From Myxococcota bacterium (GTDB lineage Bacteria > Myxococcota_A > UBA9160 > SMWR01), in NCBI GenBank assembly GCA_036447375.1, contig JAZFUU010000071.1, forward strand, positions 1-63,146: DNA of 63,146 nucleotides, given 5' to 3'. Each line of letters begins with the position of its first letter. Position 1 is the first letter of the stretch. Positions 58,725 through 63,146 of the stretch are shown one piece after another. The position numbers and the translations under genes are program-made. A model generated the notes under the pieces. The model worked only from the letters and a program-made list of their open reading frames with translations. It did not search any database and was not told the origin of the DNA.

Positions 58725-58898
58725 GGCGTCCGTCTCTCGGGAAATCGGCAAGAACGTCTGTAAAAACAAGCGCTTACATGCGTGCAGATAGCAGAGCCCG
58801 AAACCCTCGGCAACTCGACCCGGGCCGTGGCAAGCGCGCCCGCGGACGGACATCCGTTCTGGGCGCGCCCGTCACGTCCGCTGATATGCTCCGCCGCG

Positions 58899-60323
58899 AT
58901 GACCTCCGTATGCACCCGCTTCGCACCCAGCCCGACCGGGTTCCTGCACCTGGGCTCGGCGCGCACGGCTCTCTTCAACTGGGCCTACGCGAGGCGACAC
59001 GGGGGCCGGCTGATTCTGCGCGTGGAAGACACGGATCGCGAGCGCTCCAGCCCCGCCTCCGAAGCCGCCATTCTCGATGGGCTGGACTGGCTCGGAATCG
59101 ACTGGGACGAGGGGCCCCTGCGACAGAGCGAACGACGCGATCGTCACGAAGCGGCCATCGAGACCCTGCTGGCCAAGGGACGGGCCTACCGCTGCCGATG
59201 CACCCCCGCGGAGATCGAGGATCGCAAGGCCCGCGCGATCGCTCAGGGCGAGAAGTGGACCTACGACGGTCGCTGCCGCGACCTCGATCTCGGTCAGGAC
59301 TGCGGCTCCCACACCGTGCGGTTGCGACTCCCCAAGTCCGGCCACCTCGGTTGGGACGACCTCGTATTCGGCGAGAGCGGCCAGGATGCCGTTGAGATCG
59401 GCGACCGGATCATCCGCCGCAGCAACGGGAACCCCCTCTATCACCTGGCCGTGGTGGTCGACGATCTCGATATGGGCATCAGCCACGTGATTCGAGGGGC
59501 GGACCACCACGCAAACACACCCTTCCAGATCGCGATCTACCGGGCCCTGGAGAGTGAGCCTCCGAAGTTCGCCCACGTCCCGTTGATCGTCGGACCCGGC
59601 GGGAAGAAGCTCTCCAAGCGCGGCGGCTCGGTGTCGGTGCAGGAATACCGGAGTCAGGGTTTCCTTCCCGAGGCGGTCTTGAACTGGTTGGTTCGCATCG
59701 GGTGGTCTCACGGTGACCAGGAGATATTCGACCGCGAGGACATCGTGGGCCTTTTCGATCTGGCTCCGATCCATCGCTCCAGCGCCCAGGCCGATCCGGC
59801 CAAGCTGGATTCACTGAACCATCACTACATCAAGACCCTGCCCCGGGCAGAGCTGATGACCCGGCTGCACCCGTTCATCGAGTCGGAGACCGGATGCCCG
59901 GTCGAACTCACACCCTCCATCGAAGAACTGGTCGACCTGCTGCGAGACCGAAGCCGGAATCTGACCGAGATGGCGCGCCTCGCGCGCTTCCTGACGGTGG
60001 AGAAAATCGTCTACGAGGAAAAGGCGGCGCGCAAGCACCTTCGGACCGAGATCGAACCCGCACTTCGGGATCTCTACGAGCAACTTTCGAATCTCGATCC
60101 ATGGCAGGCCGACACCCTGGAAGCCGCCTTCGAGACGGTTCGCGCGCGCCACGGGGACCTTCCGATGGGAAAACTCGCTCAGCCGGTTCGCGTCGCGATC
60201 ACCGGCACCGCTGTCTCTCCCGGGATTTTCGAAACCCTGGCCGTGCTGGGCAAGCGCCGCTCTGCGGCCCGCATCGCCGACGCCCTCGCCTACCTGCGCC
60301 GAACCCAGAGGCCCGGGGTATGA
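58899..60323 (+). CDS. gltX: Glutamate--tRNA ligase
   Basis: Internal ATG (MTSVCTRFAPSPTGFLHLGSARTALFNW, the HIGH-type motif). RVEDTD, the zinc-binding cysteines YRCRC...GRC, and KLSKR (the KMSKS motif). Confidence 0.93.
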   Translation: MTSVCTRFAPSPTGFLHLGSARTALFNWAYARRHGGRLILRVEDTDRERSSPASEAAILDGLDWLGIDWDEGPLRQSERRDRHEAAIETLLAKGRAYRCRCTPAEIEDRKARAIAQGEKWTYDGRCRDLDLGQDCGSHTVRLRLPKSGHLGWDDLVFGESGQDAVEIGDRIIRRSNGNPLYHLAVVVDDLDMGISHVIRGADHHANTPFQIAIYRALESEPPKFAHVPLIVGPGGKKLSKRGGSVSVQEYRSQGFLPEAVLNWLVRIGWSHGDQEIFDREDIVGLFDLAPIHRSSAQADPAKLDSLNHHYIKTLPRAELMTRLHPFIESETGCPVELTPSIEELVDLLRDRSRNLTEMARLARFLTVEKIVYEEKAARKHLRTEIEPALRDLYEQLSNLDPWQADTLEAAFETVRARHGDLPMGKLAQPVRVAITGTAVSPGIFETLAVLGKRRSAARIADALAYLRRTQRPGV

Positions 60324-60343
60324 TCTCAAGAACGCGAAAGCCC

Positions 60344-60417
60344 TCCCCGGTCGTCCAACGGCAGGACAGCGGACTCTGAATCCGTCAATGGAGGTTCGAA
60401 TCCTCCCCGGGGATCCA
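60344..60417 (+). tRNA. tRNA-Gln (anticodon CUG), CCA encoded
   Basis: Hand-folded cloverleaf. Acceptor TCCCCGG/CCGGGGA. D arm GTCC-AACGGCA-GGAC. Anticodon arm GCGGA-CTCTGAA-TCCGT with CTG at 60376-60378. 4-nt variable loop. T arm GGAGG-TTCGAAT-CCTCC. Discriminator T, then CCA. 74 nt. Confidence 0.85.
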
Positions 60418-60419
60418 CC

Positions 60420-61142
60420 TCAGCCTTCGCTCAGCTCCTCGTCGATCATGGCCTGGAATCTCTCGAAGGGCTGGGCCCCCGACAGGAAACGTCCATTCAA
60501 GAAGAAGCCGGGCGTGCCCGTGACCCCCAACCGCCTGGCTTCGCTCGTATCATCGGCGATGCGCTGCTTCACGTCTTTTGAGGCGATGTCCTTTCGGTAC
60601 CGGTCCATGTCGAGGCCAATCGCCTGGGCGTAGCCTTCCAGGACGGAGGGCTCGAGCGCCCGCTGATTGGCAAAGATCCGGTCGTGCATCTCCCAGAACT
60701 TGCCCTGCCTGTGCGCCGCCTCCGCCGCTGCGTGAGCCGCCGGGGCCTTGGAGTGAATACTGAGCGGAAGGTGCTTGAACACGATGCGGACCTGGTCACC
60801 GTACTCTTTCTGGATCTTTTGCAGTGTCGGATTCACCCGGCCGCAGAAGGGACATTGGAAATCGCTGAACTCCACGATCGCAACCTTGGCCGACTCCGGA
60901 CCGCGTGATGGCGCTCCCGCGAGATTGACGGAGTATCGACGCTCCGGGTCCGGACGCGATCGCGGCCGGTCGGCTCGGCCGGTATCCGCGATCGTCGGAA
61001 GCGATCCCAGGGCGGACCGGATCGACGCCAGCTCGCCGCTGGCCTGGTTCAGCGAAGATTGGATCACAAAGGCGGCGCCCAGGACCGCGGCACCCAGAAT
61101 CGCCGAGGAAATCAGCACCAGGATGCCCGCTTTTTCGCTCAC
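60420..61142 (-). CDS. DsbA-family thiol:disulfide oxidoreductase, membrane-anchored
   Basis: 240 aa with an N-terminal TM helix and a thioredoxin fold with VEFSDFQCPFCGR (CPFC active site), FKHLPL, GVTGTPGFFLNG. Confidence 0.85.
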   Translation of the reverse strand: MSEKAGILVLISSAILGAAVLGAAFVIQSSLNQASGELASIRSALGSLPTIADTGRADRPRSRPDPERRYSVNLAGAPSRGPESAKVAIVEFSDFQCPFCGRVNPTLQKIQKEYGDQVRIVFKHLPLSIHSKAPAAHAAAEAAHRQGKFWEMHDRIFANQRALEPSVLEGYAQAIGLDMDRYRKDIASKDVKQRIADDTSEARRLGVTGTPGFFLNGRFLSGAQPFERFQAMIDEELSEG

Positions 61143-61190
61143 TTCAGATCCTCCATTTCCCGAGACCCAAGACCCCAGGACCCGAGACGT

Positions 61191-62066
61191 TCACCAGCAA
61201 ATCGGCACGAGATCGGGCATGAGAATAACGAGTAGGGCGCCGGCTGCGATAGCCGGGGCAAAACCAAAGGGCGCGTTCCAACGACGGGTGACCAATCCCC
61301 AGCCGACGCCCAGCAACAGGCCCGCGGCACACGCGGCGAGGATCGTCTTGAGCACCCCGATGGGTCCGAGGACAGCACCGATCATGGCCAACAGTTTGAC
61401 ATCGCCGAATCCCACCCCCGGAAACCAGGTCCAGTAGTCGAGTGTCCCCGGCCTGGGGAGCTCCTCCCCCTCCCCGGGCCAGTGAGGAAAGCGACGACCC
61501 ATCGCCGTGGTCACTCGGGCGTGGGCGAATCCGATCGACCAGAAGAGACCACCCCCGAGCAGCGCACCCAGGGCCGAGTTCGTCAGCGCACTCGACAGCG
61601 ACGCACCCCCCACCGCGTGAACGATCGGAACCAGGGTTACGGCCAACAACCCACCGCCGATCGAAATCTCGTCTGGAATGATCCGGTAGTCGAAGTCGAT
61701 GGCGGCGACCACGATCAGGGCGGCGGCAAACGCGAACAACACCGGGGTGATGAGGGTGGCGCCGTAGCGCAAAGCGATGCCCGCGAAGAGCAGGCCCGTG
61801 AGGGCCTCGATGGCCGGGTAGCGCAGGGAGATACGGACTCGGCAGTTTCGGCAGCGTCCCCGCAACCACAGGTACGAGAGCACGGGCACATTGTCGAAAG
61901 GCGCCACGGGGCTGTCGCAGCGGGGGCAGTGCGACCCCGGGCGAATCAACGACTCGCCCCGGGGCAGACGGTGGATCACCACGTTCAGAAACGAACCCAC
62001 GATCATCCCGAGGACCAGGGTCCAGATGCCGAGAAGCTCGGGCACGAGGTGAGCCGACCCATCCAT
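61191..62066 (-). CDS. pilD: Prepilin peptidase (A24 family)
   Basis: 291 aa: GSFLNVVIHRLP, a Cys-rich N-methyltransferase-type segment CPRCDSPV...CRNCRVRISLRYP, and polytopic aspartyl-peptidase motifs (IPDE, GFGDVKLLA). Confidence 0.88.
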   Translation of the reverse strand: MDGSAHLVPELLGIWTLVLGMIVGSFLNVVIHRLPRGESLIRPGSHCPRCDSPVAPFDNVPVLSYLWLRGRCRNCRVRISLRYPAIEALTGLLFAGIALRYGATLITPVLFAFAAALIVVAAIDFDYRIIPDEISIGGGLLAVTLVPIVHAVGGASLSSALTNSALGALLGGGLFWSIGFAHARVTTAMGRRFPHWPGEGEELPRPGTLDYWTWFPGVGFGDVKLLAMIGAVLGPIGVLKTILAACAAGLLLGVGWGLVTRRWNAPFGFAPAIAAGALLVILMPDLVPICW

Positions 62067-62097
62067 GGACAGAAGCTAGCAGCCGAGCCGGGCGGGC

Positions 62098-62874
62098 TCA
62101 GCGGAAGTCACGGCGCCCGAACAGCGCCGTGGCCGCCACGAGTAGGATCGCGACATACCCGACCCCGTAGAGAAGGGGCAGGCCCACGTCCGACAACACG
62201 ACCGGGAGCCCGTGGGAGGCCTCGACGCTGAGATTGAAGCTCTCGAGGTCCGGGAGCGTGCGATGCAGCAGCGCCGTCAGACGCTGCACGCTTTCGAGAT
62301 CCGAAGCCGCGCCCAGATCCCGAAGATCGCGCGTCATGTGACCGACGAACCAGAGCCCCCCGGAGAAGAACGAGGCGAGCATCGGGGTGGTGAAGGAAGA
62401 GAAGAGCGTGGCGAGCGCGACCACCAGAGCGAGCTCGACGCCCGTGAGAAAGAAGGCCGCCGCGTGGGCGGCAGTCAGGGGCGCACCTGTGGCCAGAGAA
62501 ACGCCCGCGAATACTGCAATCATGACCGCCATCTGCATCCAGATCGTCAGCACCAGACCCACATACTTTCCCAGCAGGAACTCGGTCCGCGACAGGGGCT
62601 TCGAAAGGATCGTGTACACGGTGCGACGGTCGACTTCGTTGTGGATCAGGTTCACCCCGACGAAGATGGCGATGGCCACGCTGAACAACCGAATGGCCGC
62701 GAGTCCGATGTCCTGCAGAATCCGCTCGCTCTCCACGTAAGAGAGGGTGGAGAGGAAAACACCCGCGAGAATCAGCGCGACCGCGAAAAACAGCAAGATG
62801 TAGAGCAGCTTGTTGCGAACCGCCTCGCGAATCGTATTCGTTGCGATCGTCCAGATGCGCGCCGGCGAGATCAT
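62098..62874 (-). CDS. ABC-2 type transporter permease
   Basis: 258 aa, six predicted hydrophobic helices. The N-terminus IATNTIREAVRNKLLYILLFF and TILSKPLSRTEFLLGKY are typical of ABC-2/NosY-like permeases. 4-nt overlap with the upstream ATPase gene. Confidence 0.8.
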   Translation of the reverse strand: MISPARIWTIATNTIREAVRNKLLYILLFFAVALILAGVFLSTLSYVESERILQDIGLAAIRLFSVAIAIFVGVNLIHNEVDRRTVYTILSKPLSRTEFLLGKYVGLVLTIWMQMAVMIAVFAGVSLATGAPLTAAHAAAFFLTGVELALVVALATLFSSFTTPMLASFFSGGLWFVGHMTRDLRDLGAASDLESVQRLTALLHRTLPDLESFNLSVEASHGLPVVLSDVGLPLLYGVGYVAILLVAATALFGRRDFR

Positions 62875-63146
62875 CGGTCCAACTCCTCGTCATCGATGCG
62901 ATTTTTCTCCACGGCGGACAGGAAGATCGATTCCAGCGATACCCGATGGGGGGTCACTGAGAGCACCTCTCCGCCGGCGTCGAGAATTGCGCCGAGCATC
63001 AAATTCACGTTCTTGTCGGCGATGCGCACCTCGATGCGGTCGCCGTGGCCTCGCATCGACGCCCCGAATCGCTCCTCGATCTGCACGGCGGTTTCAGACC
63101 GAAGCCCCGCCACCACCACGTCGGATTCTCGCTGGTCTCCTGCGAG
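62871..63146 (-). CDS. ABC transporter ATP-binding protein, C-terminal fragment (start lies beyond the window end)
   Basis: The frame is open to the window edge. The visible sequence is the non-catalytic C-terminal regulatory part typical of ABC-2-system ATPases. The call rests mainly on coupling with the permease gene. Confidence 0.7.
   Translation of the reverse strand, partial: LAGDQRESDVVVAGLRSETAVQIEERFGASMRGHGDRIEVRIADKNVNLMLGAILDAGGEVLSVTPHRVSLESIFLSAVEKNRIDDEELDR

Overview
Visibly GC-rich (composition not computed), densely packed chromosomal core region of a diderm (Gram-negative-type) bacterium. I read 56 protein-coding genes, two of them cut by the window edges, plus one tRNA. Only purM with a coupled unknown gene, rpsT, gltX and tRNA-Gln are on the plus strand. 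About 19 gene junctions are 4-nt start/stop overlaps. Left to right: gltB with a coupled Lrp/AsnC regulator; glpK plus a glycerophosphodiesterase; ftsY-smc; a GT2 plus two half-ABC-exporter operon; purM; spoT-gmk-remA-yicC; a heptose kinase; the envelope block skp-bamA-lolD-lolE; lysS-prfB-lnt-ybeY-phoH, with the classical +1 frameshift of prfB readable in the sequence; a PATAN/DUF4388 protein with a polytopic TPR/zinc-ribbon membrane protein; rpsT; holA-lptE; a nine-gene Che-like operon; nusB-ribH-ribD-nrdR; an RpiB-SHMT fusion ORF; acpP-fabD-rpmF-yceD; gltX-tRNA-Gln; a DsbA-like protein; a prepilin peptidase; and an ABC-2 transporter. I saw no transposase, integrase, CRISPR array, phage gene or recognisable defence gene, so this is mostly ordinary housekeeping DNA. 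The most system-like non-housekeeping element is the Che-like operon at 41113-51502. It has two CheY, two CheW, CheA, a multi-TM MCP and CheR but no CheB/CheZ, and it carries a 692-aa HEAT-repeat protein and a zinc-ribbon/degenerate-receiver/Pro-repeat protein between the MCP and CheR. Other points worth a second look are domain fusions or extensions (RpiB-GlyA, LolE N-terminal polytopic extension, BamA N-terminal extra domain), a probable non-canonical phoH start, and a 48-bp in-frame tandem repeat. A Myxococcota-like origin is only an inference, drawn from PATAN, the MJ0042-type zinc ribbon, the long multi-POTRA BamA and the HEAT protein in a che cluster. Many long ORFs in the supplied track are antisense or alternate-frame artefacts of high GC. 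Several true starts are internal to the track ORFs; I placed them by homology logic and start/stop coupling.
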